This document shows positions 10,678 to 21,952 of a DNA stretch of 64,000 nt, piece by piece. Made by a program: the position numbers and the translations under genes. The notes below the pieces were generated by a model. The model was not told where the DNA came from. It did not search any database and worked only from the letters and a program-made list of their open reading frames with translations. This DNA comes from Aureliella sp. (GTDB taxonomy: Bacteria > Planctomycetota > Planctomycetia > Pirellulales > Pirellulaceae). The first letter of the stretch is position 1; every line of letters begins with the position of its first letter. The stretch spans positions 3,968,001-4,032,000 of the forward strand of contig OY829846.1 of assembly GCA_963691875.1 (NCBI GenBank), given 5' to 3'.

Positions 10678-10897
10678 ACAACTCCTGTGTAGCACTGGTG
10701 TTCGAAACGATCAATAGCTTGTTGTCAGCAGTATGCTGCCAGTAAGCCGAAGAGTTGGTGCAATCGCTTCGCGACCAATTCTTCGCGTCCAACTGTAATA
10801 TCGTTGGGAACACAACTTTCTCCACGATGTGAAAGCGGCTAATTGACCAAAGCATTGATAGGTCAATACCGCGCGAGGGGAGAAAATCGACTTAAGA

Positions 10898-11521
10898 CTA
10901 GACTCCAGCAACTTGCTCAGCGAAGGACCCGTGCTGGAGAAAATGATCCACTTGCATGGCGCAGGATTCTCGAACCAACACAGAGGAGTGAAAACCAGGA
11001 AGCATGATGTACTCCCGCGCCCCGGGCAATCGCGTGTTTTCAGGACGAACGACTAAGTCAGTTTCCGCCTGGATAATACCTAGCTCGTGGTCCGGATCGA
11101 TCTGCTGCTCAAGTGAATTGACGAAACTGTCTTCTGTGTCTTTGATTTGACACAGCGTCGTAGACAGCCATCCGAATACTGAAGCGAAGCGCGTCGCGAC
11201 GTGGGAACCACGATTGGGTGGACCAATCATCACAATACGCCCGAGCTTTTCTGGCTGATATTCTTGTAGCATCACCCGAATCAAAATGCTGCCCATGCTG
11301 TGCCCGACCAAGTGAAATTTAACTACCTCTGGGTTAGCCTCTATCGCTTCCGCTGCTTTGCGAAGTTTGGCAGCATGATGCTCGATTGTCTTCCAGATAC
11401 TGCGATAACCATAGTTGGTTACTTTGTAGCCGCGCTGACGTAACTTCCGGCAAAGCGGATACATCACGAGTCGATCTCCACAAAAGCCGTGAAGTGCGAG
11501 AATGGAATCGTTCGTTGACAT
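10898..11521 (-). CDS. Alpha/beta-fold hydrolase (lipase/esterase, PGAP1-like)
   Basis: ILALHGF, GHSMG nucleophile, GPPNRGS, DLVV, FHS. Likely start MSTND at 11521; the ORF-track extension to 11767 looks non-coding. Confidence 0.85.
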   Translation of the reverse strand: MSTNDSILALHGFCGDRLVMYPLCRKLRQRGYKVTNYGYRSIWKTIEHHAAKLRKAAEAIEANPEVVKFHLVGHSMGSILIRVMLQEYQPEKLGRIVMIGPPNRGSHVATRFASVFGWLSTTLCQIKDTEDSFVNSLEQQIDPDHELGIIQAETDLVVRPENTRLPGAREYIMLPGFHSSVLVRESCAMQVDHFLQHGSFAEQVAGV

Positions 11522-12111
11522 CTTCGAGATTTCATCTCCATCGTGGATCACAGAGCTGCCAGAGCAGGAACGAACCGCTGTATCGCAAAAATCAAGACGT
11601 CCGGCGGATGTTGACGAGGTCACAAATCCGGGAGCGGTGCTCCCTCCTGCAAAACCGGGCACGACTGCGTGCGACTGCTCTTTAAAACAAAGTTGCCTGA
11701 GTTCTACCTTAACTCTACTAACCGGATCTACAAGTTGCTTGGCGACAGTCAGGATGCTTTCCCACACCTACAAGCCTCATAGGTTGCCGTGAACTCCCCG
11801 GCCCAAGAGCCTGGCACACTTAGGCAATTCAACATCGGCCCCGCTCGCTTCCTTCGCCCTGACTAGCAAAAAGATAGATGCAATCACCGAGTGAATTATC
11901 TGCACACGGAAACTGTATCTTTCGAAAAAGTGCTGCAATACCCGCCATTCTTGGGCGAATCTTGGGCGAATAGAGAATGTAGGCTATCCGTGTTGATCTA
12001 GTCTCAAGGGCTCAGCTAGCTACAATTTAGCCTTCAAATCGTACGTTCAGCGACCGGAATCGACGGACGGAGTCTCGCTAACAGTCGCTCGTCTTTAAGA
12101 ATTGAACTGGA

Positions 12112-12720
12112 ATGGCAAAAGCAGCAAAAGGGAAAAAACAAGCGCCGACCGATAGTCATATCGTGATTGCAGATGGCGACGAGTTGAATCTGCATAACCG
12201 CCACTTGGCGGCCTTCCTGGCTTGGGTGGTCCCGGGCGCCGGCCACTATTATCAGCAGCGATATTTTAAGTCAGCCATTTTTTCCGCCAGTGTATTTAGT
12301 ACTTTTTTCATCGGCATGGTCATCGCCAATTTCAGCTGCGTTTACGCTGCTTGGAATGGCACGGAACGTCGCTGGCAATTTGCCTTGCAATCCGGTGTCG
12401 GCTTTGTAGCCATTCCTGCTGCGATTCAGGGCTACACATCACGTGGCGGCAACGACCCGATGCTGGGTTCGATGTTGACGGCCCCGAAAAACGTTCGGGA
12501 ACTTCACAAGCTCCATCGTGAAACGGCCTCAGGCTTTGACATGGGCACCTTGTACACGATGATCGCTGGACTACTCAACATCCTGGCCGTGTTTGACGCA
12601 TTCGCCGGTCCTTTGCCGCCTCCGGTTCCGAAGAAAAAAGGTGACCCGGATTCTGGAGAAGAAGAGAAATCCTCGGCCAAGCATGATCCACCGGACAATT
12701 CCTCGGTCGAATCCACCTAA
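12112..12720 (+). CDS. DUF6677-like membrane protein
   Basis: AAFLAWVVPGAGHYYQ and GTLYTMIAGLLNILAVFDA motifs; several TM segments. Confidence 0.75.
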   Translation: MAKAAKGKKQAPTDSHIVIADGDELNLHNRHLAAFLAWVVPGAGHYYQQRYFKSAIFSASVFSTFFIGMVIANFSCVYAAWNGTERRWQFALQSGVGFVAIPAAIQGYTSRGGNDPMLGSMLTAPKNVRELHKLHRETASGFDMGTLYTMIAGLLNILAVFDAFAGPLPPPVPKKKGDPDSGEEEKSSAKHDPPDNSSVEST

Positions 12721-12780
12721 GCTTGTTTTTCAACCTTTCTAACTATCCTTTCCCTATCCACCCTCTTCAGCAACGGAAAC

Positions 12781-12981
12781 ATGAACATGATCGTTAGCAT
12801 GTCCCTCGGGTACTTGTTCATGTATGTGCCATTGCTGATAGCAGTCGCCTTGGTCATTGGAGCGTCTCGACACGAGAAGAGGCATTTGATTTTTGACCAA
12901 GTTAAAAAGAACGCGGTTTGGATCACTTCCTTTATGTTGGGGATTTACGTCGTATTGCAAGTCGTATCCTGGCAGGTCTGA
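12781..12981 (+). CDS. Small two-TM membrane protein
   Basis: Two hydrophobic helices around GASRHE; co-oriented between the DUF6677 gene and trkA. Confidence 0.7.
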   Translation: MNMIVSMSLGYLFMYVPLLIAVALVIGASRHEKRHLIFDQVKKNAVWITSFMLGIYVVLQVVSWQV

Positions 12982-13023
12982 TTTACAGACGAACCAGAAT
13001 CGCACACATACGACTAAAGTCAG

Positions 13024-14370
13024 ATGAGAATCCTTGTTCTTGGCGCCGGTACCGTCGGTACTTGGATCGCCGATTTACTTTGCCTTTATCGTCACGATGT
13101 AACGGTAGTCGACAATGACCCACAGAATGTGGAGCGAATTAACGACGACTTAGATGTCAAAGCGATTGTTGGCTCCGCTTCGCAGTCTAGCGTTCTGTTC
13201 CAAGCCGGCGCTATGGGCTGCGATCTATGCATCGCTGTCACCGGGGTTGATGAAGTCAACGTGGTCGCCGCAAGTATGGCCAAATCCATGGGTGCTAAGC
13301 GTTCGGTGGCTCGTGTGTATGCACCTGTATTCCGCGACCTGAGCACTTTTGACTACCAGCGGCATTTTAATATCGACCGCATGCTCAGCCTCGAGCAACT
13401 AACTGCAATGGAATTAGCAAGAGCGATCCGCAATCCGGAAAGCATCACGCTGAAACACTTCGCACGAGGCCAGATTGAAGTCGCCGAGTTCGAGGTTACA
13501 CGAAAGAGTGATTCGCTGGGAATTGCCCTCAAACAGCTCGCCTGGGGAGACGGAGTACGACTTGGAACTCTGAAGAGAGGTAACAAAACCTGGATCGCTA
13601 GTGCAAATGATGAAATCAAATTGGGTGACTGGGTGAGCTTGCTTGGCAAGCCAGAACGCGTCGAGGCGATCAAAAAGAAGTTTGCTCAAGGCTCGCCCAA
13701 AAGGCAACACGTAGTGATCGCCGGCGGTGGCGAAACGGGATATCACTTGGCCAGGGCTTTGGATGACGACCAGCACAAGGTCTTGCTGCTGGAGTCAAAC
13801 GAAGAACGCTGCGACTACTTGGCATCACACCTCACACGAGCGACTGTGGTCTGCTCCGATGCCACCCGAAAGCAAACGCTTGAAGAGGAGAGGGTAGGGG
13901 CCTGCGACTATTTCGTCGCCTGCACTGGGCTAGATGAAAACAATATCATGGCCGGCTTGGAAGCCAAGGAACTTGGAGCCAAACAGATCATGGCCATTGT
14001 TGGCCGACCTGATTACGCGAGCATTGTCAGCAGACTAGGTATCGACAATGCAGTCAGCGAACGAGACGCCATGGCGCGGCAGATTCTCGGACTGCTCACC
14101 GATGGTCCCGTTCTGAGCAAGTTGCAGATGCCTGCTAGCGACGTTTTTGTGTTGGAAGTTGAAGTGGCCAAGAATGCACCGGTCACGCAATCTTCATTGG
14201 CCGAACTGAAACTGCCCGAAGGCGTACTGGTGGCAGCCGTTTTGCAAGAAGAATTCGTGCGTGTTCCCTCCGCGACCGACTCTCTGCCAATAGGCAGCAC
14301 GGCCCTGGTGCTTTCGGCCAAGAGTCAGCTGGAGCAAGTTTCTGCGGCTTTCACTGGGCGCGAGGAATAA
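13024..14370 (+). CDS. trkA: Trk potassium uptake regulatory subunit TrkA
   Basis: Two RCK_N Rossmann motifs (GAGTVG, GGGETG) each followed by RCK_C; adjacent to trkH. Confidence 0.95.
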   Translation: MRILVLGAGTVGTWIADLLCLYRHDVTVVDNDPQNVERINDDLDVKAIVGSASQSSVLFQAGAMGCDLCIAVTGVDEVNVVAASMAKSMGAKRSVARVYAPVFRDLSTFDYQRHFNIDRMLSLEQLTAMELARAIRNPESITLKHFARGQIEVAEFEVTRKSDSLGIALKQLAWGDGVRLGTLKRGNKTWIASANDEIKLGDWVSLLGKPERVEAIKKKFAQGSPKRQHVVIAGGGETGYHLARALDDDQHKVLLLESNEERCDYLASHLTRATVVCSDATRKQTLEEERVGACDYFVACTGLDENNIMAGLEAKELGAKQIMAIVGRPDYASIVSRLGIDNAVSERDAMARQILGLLTDGPVLSKLQMPASDVFVLEVEVAKNAPVTQSSLAELKLPEGVLVAAVLQEEFVRVPSATDSLPIGSTALVLSAKSQLEQVSAAFTGREE

Positions 14371-14376
14371 TCGGTC

Positions 14377-15948
14377 ATGAACTACCGATTACTTAGCCGA
14401 ACTCTCGGTATCATTTGCTTGTTACTTGCGGTGAGCATGCTGTTCTCGCTGCCCTGGGCGATCCCTAGCCTTGGCTGGCGTGGGCAATTGCCTGAACCAA
14501 AAGAAACACCGCAGTTTGAGTTCCGTGGTTTCACCAGCCTCGTAGCCAGCAGTGTCATTTCAGCCTTGGTCGGCATCACGCTTATCTGGGCTGGTCGTGG
14601 AAGCCGAGGCCAAACGTTGTTTCGCAAAGAAGCTATGGCCACCGTAGGGCTGACTTGGATTCTTGCGACCATTCTCGGCGCAATGCCCTACCTACTCAGT
14701 GGTACACAAGTCGCCGAGGGTCAGCGAATCTCGTTTGTTGACGCGTTGTTCGAAGCGCAGTCTGGATTCAGCACTACCGGTGCCACCATTCTGACGCAAC
14801 TTGAAGATCCAGCCATGGTGCCGCATTGCATTCTATTCTGGAGAAGCAGCACACACTTTCTAGGTGGGCTCGGAATTGTAGTGCTACTGGTTGCTATTCT
14901 TGGTCAAGAAGCGGGTGGCAAGGCAATGATGCGCGCCGAAGTAACTGGGCCAACCAAGGACATTCAGTTTAGTCGCATGCAACAAATGGCTGTTGTGTTT
15001 GCCAGTATTTACATTCTACTCAACTTGGTCCTCGCCATGATCTTTTGGATTAGCGGCATGTCCTTGTTCGACGCACTATGCCATGCCTTCGCAACGTTGG
15101 CGACAGGTGGCTTTAGCACTTACAACGCAAGTCTTGGGCACTTCGACAGTCCGTGGATCGAGTATGTGGCGATTCTATTTATGATCCTAGCAGGTACAAA
15201 CTTTGTGTTGCTGCTATTCGCAGCTAGAGGACACTGGAAGAAACTTTGGCAGGATACGGAATGGAAAGTCTATATTTCAATCCTGAGCATCGTTAGTATC
15301 GCGGTCATCATCTTTGGGCAGATCAACAAAGATTTCCTAAACCTAGGCACCGCGATTCGAGACGCAGTTTTCCAAGTGGTCTCCATCATGACTACCACTG
15401 GATTCGCGACGGCGGACTACGACGTCTGGAACAACTTTGGCCGAGGCGTCTTGATTCTGCTCATGTTCGTCGGCGGATGTGCCGGTAGCACAGGTGGCGG
15501 CATGAAAGTCATCCGTCACGTCCTACTGGCGAAGATATTGCGGCTAGAACTTGAGCTGTCGTACCACCCCAAGGTAGTTCGTCCCTTGCGAATCAATGGG
15601 CAAACTGTCGATGGAAATGACCTGCGCAAAACGATTCTGGTTTACTTTGGGCTGGTAGCGGCAATCTTTGCTTGCAGTTGGCTAGTACTTATCACCATCG
15701 AACCAGATCGCCAGTGGGTAAGCGGTGCGACAGCCGAGCTTGACCACAAGTTGCTTGATTGTGCGAGTGCCATCGCTGCGACTCTACACAACATCGGTCC
15801 GGGCTATGGTGTTGTCGGACCAACGGCCAACTACCAAGGGTTTTCGGACGCCAGCAAGCTACTGTTTGTCTTCCTGATGATGCTCGGCCGCTTAGAGCTG
15901 TTCAGCGTGCTAGTGCTGTTTGTGCCAGCATTTTGGCGGAAGATTTAG
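14377..15948 (+). CDS. trkH: Trk potassium uptake membrane subunit TrkH
   Basis: Pore-loop motifs SGFSTTGAT, TLATGGFS, MTTTGF, GGCAGSTGGG, HNIGPG, MMLGRLE. Confidence 0.95.
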   Translation: MNYRLLSRTLGIICLLLAVSMLFSLPWAIPSLGWRGQLPEPKETPQFEFRGFTSLVASSVISALVGITLIWAGRGSRGQTLFRKEAMATVGLTWILATILGAMPYLLSGTQVAEGQRISFVDALFEAQSGFSTTGATILTQLEDPAMVPHCILFWRSSTHFLGGLGIVVLLVAILGQEAGGKAMMRAEVTGPTKDIQFSRMQQMAVVFASIYILLNLVLAMIFWISGMSLFDALCHAFATLATGGFSTYNASLGHFDSPWIEYVAILFMILAGTNFVLLLFAARGHWKKLWQDTEWKVYISILSIVSIAVIIFGQINKDFLNLGTAIRDAVFQVVSIMTTTGFATADYDVWNNFGRGVLILLMFVGGCAGSTGGGMKVIRHVLLAKILRLELELSYHPKVVRPLRINGQTVDGNDLRKTILVYFGLVAAIFACSWLVLITIEPDRQWVSGATAELDHKLLDCASAIAATLHNIGPGYGVVGPTANYQGFSDASKLLFVFLMMLGRLELFSVLVLFVPAFWRKI

Positions 15949-15962
15949 GTTGGAGTCAAGGT

Positions 15963-15990
15963 ATCGTTTGACGCCCAGCCGTAGGCGCCG
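15963..15990 (+). repeat. Dispersed intergenic 28-nt repeat, copy 1 (copy 2 at 54010-54037)
   Basis: ATCGTTTGACGCCCAGCCGTAGGCGCCG vs ATCGTTTAGCGCCCAGCCGCAGGCGCCG: 25/28 identical. Both copies lie just after a stop codon. Confidence 0.6.
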
Positions 15991-16041
15991 GCTTGCTCTG
16001 GTATGATCGCTTGTACATATTCGCTCACCTACTCGATCCGC

Positions 16042-17052
16042 CTACTTCATCCGCCACCAACTCTCCGGTAAAAGCTTCAGCTCTTTCGCTTTACTCTCTA
16101 TTTCGCTGCGAAAGCGAGCGGCATCTACTGGATAGCCAGCCGTTGCCTTGATGCCAGGAATCTGTTCCGCCCAATAGGAATTGAAGGCTTCCATCATCCT
16201 TTCGCGCGTGTACTTGGCCATCATGGACGCGAGTGCCGTTGGCGGAAAGCTATCACCGCCAACCGAGAAATGAATCGTGAGATTGCCTGCCATGTTGCGG
16301 TACGTACATCTCTCCGGCGAGATCCGAACTTCTTGAAACCAGTGCTCTGGCATCGCCTCAGACAGCACAGGCATGTAGTTTTTTCGGCCACCCTGCCGGT
16401 CGCAGAAGATCTCGACCTCGTCCGCCTCCCCCGCCAGCAATTCGGCGACCAAGTGCAGTGTCTGAAGTGAGAGAAGTTGCCCCTTTGAACCAAGTTTTGC
16501 CACTTCTTCGTTAAATTTTTTCTCAGAGATGAGATAAAAACGAGTCTGCGGTAACTCTATTTCTTGGTCGGAAAGAACTCGTTCGGCAAATTTGCTTAGA
16601 CGCCTAACCTCTTCCTTTGATTGGACCGCGGGAATGGGTTGGTTTCTTAAATTGTCATACCAAGGCATTTCGGACACGTTCAGTCCCGTTCCATCTGAGG
16701 CAGGAATACTCACCTCGAGGTTTTCACGCCAACTCTGGCAATTAACAGGAGGTTCTTTGCCGAGCATTGCGAGCAGCCCAGTTTCAAGCGTTTGTATTCC
16801 CTTCGCTGGCGAGAACAACTTCTTCGAGTCAGCCAATGGAATATGCTTACAATCTGATCGATAGGGCTTGGCAGCGAAAAGGGAGCTGAGATTATCAAAA
16901 TCAGATTCATTGAAATCGACAGGCACATCCCACATTGAAGCCGCAATGAGAAGCGGTCCCAAATTTGGCCCGTATCCTGCCTCATCCGCGCCGATAATTT
17001 GCTTGCGTTTGCCCCGTCTCACGGGCACGGTACCACGTTCAGATTTCTTCAA
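16042..17052 (-). CDS. Ribonuclease HII-like protein
   Basis: GADEAGYGPNLGPL, ADSKKL, ALASMMAKYTRE and GYP motifs of the RNase HII fold. Confidence 0.75.
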   Translation of the reverse strand: MKKSERGTVPVRRGKRKQIIGADEAGYGPNLGPLLIAASMWDVPVDFNESDFDNLSSLFAAKPYRSDCKHIPLADSKKLFSPAKGIQTLETGLLAMLGKEPPVNCQSWRENLEVSIPASDGTGLNVSEMPWYDNLRNQPIPAVQSKEEVRRLSKFAERVLSDQEIELPQTRFYLISEKKFNEEVAKLGSKGQLLSLQTLHLVAELLAGEADEVEIFCDRQGGRKNYMPVLSEAMPEHWFQEVRISPERCTYRNMAGNLTIHFSVGGDSFPPTALASMMAKYTRERMMEAFNSYWAEQIPGIKATAGYPVDAARFRSEIESKAKELKLLPESWWRMK

Positions 17053-17183
17053 TGAATCCTCTTCGTTTTCATGGCTTTTGGGGGGAACGTTGCCAATAAT
17101 GGCAGGGTGCTACGAGCTCTGTCTTTGCCGCCAGATCTACATCGTTTGATTTTACGTCGGAACTTGCTTTCCACGAGTCCTCC

Positions 17184-20100
17184 ATGATGAATTTGCCTTG
17201 CTTGAAATACTTGCGCGAATTGCTTGCCTTGCTATGCATCGCATTTCTATGCACCCACACAACGGCACAAGATGTCATTATTTCACCTGATGGTGTCCCA
17301 GTGTCCCTTCCACCAGGAACAAACGTTAGTCCAGAAATGCTGCAGCAGATACAGCAGAGAGCTGGCGCCGCAGCGCCGACTCCGCAAGCTGGGAAGCCCT
17401 CCGCGAATCCAGGCAAGAAAGTCGACAAGTCTGCCGGCAAGCCAGATGGCAAGAAGAAGCCAGAAGATGAAAAGCCCAAAGGTCCGCCAGAGAATGTCAA
17501 GCGATCATCAGAGCCGCCGGAGAAGCCCAATCCGGAAGAACTGAAAGTCACCGCCGACAACGATGGCTTATTGAGTTTTCAGTTTCGCAACCAGCCCTGG
17601 CTAGATGTGCTGGCATGGTATGCGGATGCATGCGAGCTTTCTTTCGATTGGCAAGAGCTTCCAGGTGACTACATCAACTTAGCCACTCAGCGACCACACA
17701 CGCTGCAAGAAACAGGAGACATGATCAATCGCGCGCTGCTCATGCGTGGTTTCACGATCCTAGAAAATGATGAAACACTCTTGGTAGCCAAGATCGAGGG
17801 CCTCAATCCATCTTTGGTTCCGCGCGTGCGACCGGACGAATTACCAGATCTACCGCCGCATAAGTTTGTTCGCACTTCCTTTCCATTGTCTTGGCTCCTA
17901 GCGGAGGAAGTACATTCCGAGTTTGCCTCTATGATCAGCAAGAACGGAAAGCTATAACCCTTGCAATCTACCAATCGTTTAGAAGGCATGGACGCCGTAG
18001 CAAACTTGCGAGACATACACGATATCTTGCAACAAGAGCAGTCAGCGCTTGCCATGGAGAAATTAGCAAAGGAGTTTCCACTTAAGTTTGCCCGAGCTTC
18101 ATTCGTCAAGCAACAGCTAGAAACCTTTCTAGGAATTCAGAGTTCCACCTCCAGTTCGCGCGGCGGATACTCGTCCTCTTTAAGTATGCGCGCGATGTAG
18201 CAAATGCAACAACAGATTCAGCAACAAATGCAACAGATGCAACGTAGTAAGTCTGGCGGTGCTGCTGGAGCGGCTCGCAAGCCGCGGTCGGATCGAGTTT
18301 ATCTCGTCGCCAACGACCGAAGTAACAGCGTGATCGTCCACGCACCACCCAATAAACTTGCCATCATTGCCGCGTTCATTGCTCGAATGGATGTTCGGAA
18401 TGAGAATGCTGCCGACTTTGAGCGTTTGAAGACGCGCACTGCCGTCTTCCGTTTGGCATCGCTGAGTCCCGAGGAGGTGGTGGAAACCTTAAATGCGATG
18501 GATGCGCTCGAGCCCACCACGCGTTTGCAGGTCGATTCCAATCAGAACGCTATCATCGCCTACGCTTCGGTAGCGGATCAGTACATCATTCGCTCGATCA
18601 TTGATCGGTTGGATGGCTCAGCTCGCGAACTTCAAGTCATCACCCTTCGTCGCTTGGATGCCGCCTCCGTCGCAGGTAGCATCAAGTCTTTGATGGGAGT
18701 CGAGGAGAAGAAAAAGAGCACACGCACCTACTACGACCCATGGAGTTATGGTTATGGGTACGGTGGTGGTAGCAGCCGAAATCAAAACAGTGATCGCGAC
18801 AAAATGCAGATTGCTGCAAACGTCCAAGACAACCAGCTGCTTCTGTGGGTCAACGATATTGAATTTGAGGAGATCCAAGACTTCCTGGTGAAACTTGGTG
18901 AGATCCCAGCCAAGGATGAGGCACCTCGTACGTTGCGAGTCATCGATGCTTCGAAACAACCGGAGACCTACGAGTATCTCAAACGCCTGAAAGAGCAGTG
19001 GGATCGCGTCTCGCCCAATCCATTGGTTCTCCCAGACAAGTCGGAGTTTGCCGCACCAAGAACTGAATTTGCGGATGCATCCGGGGAAACCATCTCGGAA
19101 GAAGAAGCTTCGCCAGAGAGTGAGAAGAAGCCGGAAGCCACTGACTCAGAAAACAAACAGCAAAAGAAGGCGTTAGACTCGTCAGAAGAGATCAATCAGG
19201 TCACGGCTAATCAGAACCCACATTCGCGACGAGCAATGGTTCTGCTAACCGGTTTGATCTCTCCACCTCAAGAAGGAGCAGCCGAGGCAAGAAAAACGAG
19301 CTCCGACCAAATCAAAGCCAAGGCTTCCCAAACCGACCGATCGGGATTGGAAAAAGCTCAGGATGGACCACCACCGGTGAAGATCTTTCTCGATCAATCC
19401 GGACGCTTGATCATCCAGTCTGAAGATACGGATGCTCTTGACCGACTTGAAAACATCATGCGTCGCAACAGGCCGCCCCAACGACCGTACCATGTTTTTG
19501 AGGTCAAGCACGCTCGGGCGAGCTGGGTAACGCTTAACCTAAAAGAGTACTTCGAAAAAGAAGATTCTAACCGCCCCAGCATTTTCGCGTTCTTTGGCGA
19601 CGACTTCGGGGGCAACGACGACAAAGAAGCACAACTCGGCGAAAAACCACCTCTCCGCTTTATCTGGGACAACGACACCAACACCATCGTTGTGCAAGGT
19701 GCCGACGAAGACGACTTGGATGTGATTCGAGACCTGATCAAGCTCTGGGATATCCCGGAGAAGATTGACACAAGTCGCATTCGATACACGAAATTGATCA
19801 AAGTGAGATACTCGCGGGCGGATCGGATCGTCGCCACGATCAAAGGTGCCTTTCGCGACTTGCTCAGTGCCAACGACAAAACCTTTGAAGGTGGCGACGG
19901 AGAAGAAGAAAGTAAACGAAATGGCGGAGGATCCGGTGCTCAAGGTGGGGGTTTTAACTTCTCGGGACTTAAGGGGAAGCTATCCCTTGAACCCGAGACC
20001 ATTACCAACTCCGTTCTAGTCCACGTCGAAGGCGAAGACTTGCTGAAGATCATGGAAGAGATCATCAAGGAACTGGACGAAGCTGCCAAGGACGCTGGCT

Positions 20101-20312
20101 CCATCGGTTACTACTCCGTTTCCGGCGGACTCAGTGGAGCTTCACTGAAGAAGGCAATCGCGGCTGCAATTTCACCCAATCTTCCTAAGGCCAAACCATC
20201 CAACCAACAACAGCAGCAACAACAGAACATGGAAGCTCAACAACAAATCAACCAAGCGAAGTTTGAAGCATCTGCGGTTCCGTCGGGTCGCTCTCGTGGA
20301 AGAAATCGCTAG
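17184..20312 (+). pseudogene. Secretin N-terminal (GspD/NolW-like) repeat protein interrupted by two in-frame stop codons
   Basis: ORFs 17184, 17961 and 18204 share one frame, separated only by TAA (17955-17957) and TAG (18198-18200). Signal peptide, N0-like FQFRNQPWLDVLAW, repeated 'D.RSNSVIV.A / D.NQNAII / DNDTNTIVV / E.ITNSVLV' N-domains. Confidence 0.8.
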
Positions 20313-20343
20313 CTAGTCATCAATAGCGCACTGCAGGTTGTTT

Positions 20344-21822
20344 CTAGAGATCTTTTTCCGTAGGTGGAAAGCGTTTGCGACCGTCGCTGTTGACGGGCTC
20401 TCCACTTCGCATGCTCCACCACTCACCGCGACGCTCCGCGTTGAAGTTCAGATTCCGGATCGGCATCCGAGCGAGGACCTGATTTCGCCAATGCTGTAGC
20501 TTGCGCCGTAGATCTGCTGCTCGACCGACTTTCTCTTTGGCCAGATTCTGCGTTTCACCAATATCCTCGGACAAGTTGTAAAGTTCGATGTCCCCGCTTC
20601 CGTCCAAGTACTCGATCAGCTTCCAATCTCGCTCGCGAATGGCGCTCGCCGGGCGATCATGATGATAGTGCGGGTAATGCCAGTGCAAAGCATTGCGGTC
20701 TAGTCTCGAATCAGGAGAGGAGAGGAGAGGCAATAAATTGCTACCGTCGATCGTTTGAGTCGTCGGTAGTTCGCCACCGGCGGCAGCCACGAAGGTCGGA
20801 TAAAAGTCATGGGATATGGTCGGCTCCCCACATTCAGCACCAGCTTGCACCTTGCCAGGCATCGTGACGATCAAAGGCACTCGAATTCCGCCTTCGTGCA
20901 AAGCCCCTTTCTCACCTTTAAGGGGAGCCAAACTGGTCACATCGTCGTCTGCATGAGCACGATAGTCATAACGACGATAGAGCCCGCCATTGTCAGAGGT
21001 GAACACAATCATGGTGTTGTCGCTAAGCCCAAGTGCTTCAACTTCATCCATGATCAGACCGACCATGTTGTCGACTTCTTCCAGCATCGCCGCGTAAATC
21101 GGACTTGGGATAACTCGTTTCTGCTCCTCCGCGCGTTTGCGATACTTGTCGACCAACTCGGACTTCCCTGCCAGCGGTATGTGAACTGCAAAGGGTGAGA
21201 GCATTAAGAAGAAGGGCTCTTCCTTACTTTCGCGCAAGAACTTGACGCACATCTCGGTTTCGAATTCGGTTCGAAACTGATTTGCCTTCGGCTTCAAGTC
21301 TTGGCGACCGGACACGCGATACTTACCAGGCAGGTGAGCTCCGTTGATCTCCACCGCAAAGTCGTAGCCTTGCAGCTGCGGACCATGCGTTTGATGCTGG
21401 CCTAAATGCCACTTGCCCACATAACCAGTGCGATAGCCGGATGGCTTGAGCGCCTCTGCGATGGTAATTGTGTCCAGCGGCAAGCCCATTGCCGTCAGAG
21501 GTGTTGATACCGTCTCGAACGGCCGCCAGTGTCCTGGGATATGAGCTGTGATGCCGATGCGAGCTTGATTCTGTCCGGACTGAACAGCGCAACGCGTCGG
21601 AGAGCACACTGCTCCCGCGGCATAAAAATTGGTAAACCGAACTCCTTCACGCGCGAGTTTGTCGATCCTGGGCGTCTCGACAAAGTCATTTCCGTAACAA
21701 CCGAGGTCCTTCCATCCCAAGTCGTCGATCATGATGAAAATGATGTTTGGTCGCTCTGCGGCGGAAGCTAGGTTGCAACAGGAGCAGAGGAGGGCGATCG
21801 AAATGATTGCAAGGAAATTCAT
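20344..21822 (-). CDS. Formylglycine-dependent sulfatase (S1 family)
   Basis: Signal peptide, PNIIFIMIDDLG, CSPTR motif, GKWHLG, FTSDNG, EGGIRVP. Confidence 0.95.
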   Translation of the reverse strand: MNFLAIISIALLCSCCNLASAAERPNIIFIMIDDLGWKDLGCYGNDFVETPRIDKLAREGVRFTNFYAAGAVCSPTRCAVQSGQNQARIGITAHIPGHWRPFETVSTPLTAMGLPLDTITIAEALKPSGYRTGYVGKWHLGQHQTHGPQLQGYDFAVEINGAHLPGKYRVSGRQDLKPKANQFRTEFETEMCVKFLRESKEEPFFLMLSPFAVHIPLAGKSELVDKYRKRAEEQKRVIPSPIYAAMLEEVDNMVGLIMDEVEALGLSDNTMIVFTSDNGGLYRRYDYRAHADDDVTSLAPLKGEKGALHEGGIRVPLIVTMPGKVQAGAECGEPTISHDFYPTFVAAAGGELPTTQTIDGSNLLPLLSSPDSRLDRNALHWHYPHYHHDRPASAIRERDWKLIEYLDGSGDIELYNLSEDIGETQNLAKEKVGRAADLRRKLQHWRNQVLARMPIRNLNFNAERRGEWWSMRSGEPVNSDGRKRFPPTEKDL

Positions 21823-21952
21823 GGTTCGCTACTTAAGTTAAGAAGTGCTCGGCGATCATTCCAGAACCAACTCTTCCTTTCAAGCTCAGCAAGGAACTGA
21901 GGGGCTCAGAAGGGCCCAACGGAAAGTGATGTTCAGACAATCTTCTGAAAAG

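Noticed and set aside
10381..10695. 104-aa minus-strand ORF
   Set aside because: Better explained as the antisense of the plus-strand Poly_export-like remnant.
11522..11767. N-terminal extension of the alpha/beta hydrolase ORF
   Set aside because: Family similarity begins at MSTND (11521); the extension looks like incidental open frame.
11949..11971. Tandem 11-nt duplication TCTTGGGCGAA x2
   Set aside because: Only two copies and no spacer, so not CRISPR-like; a regulatory role cannot be supported.
17955..18200. Genome-wide stop-codon reassignment (TAA/TAG to Gln) as the explanation for the internal stops
   Set aside because: Conserved genes end normally at TAA (hflK), TAG (mfd, prfB) and TGA (argJ), and the other long ORFs have no internal stops.
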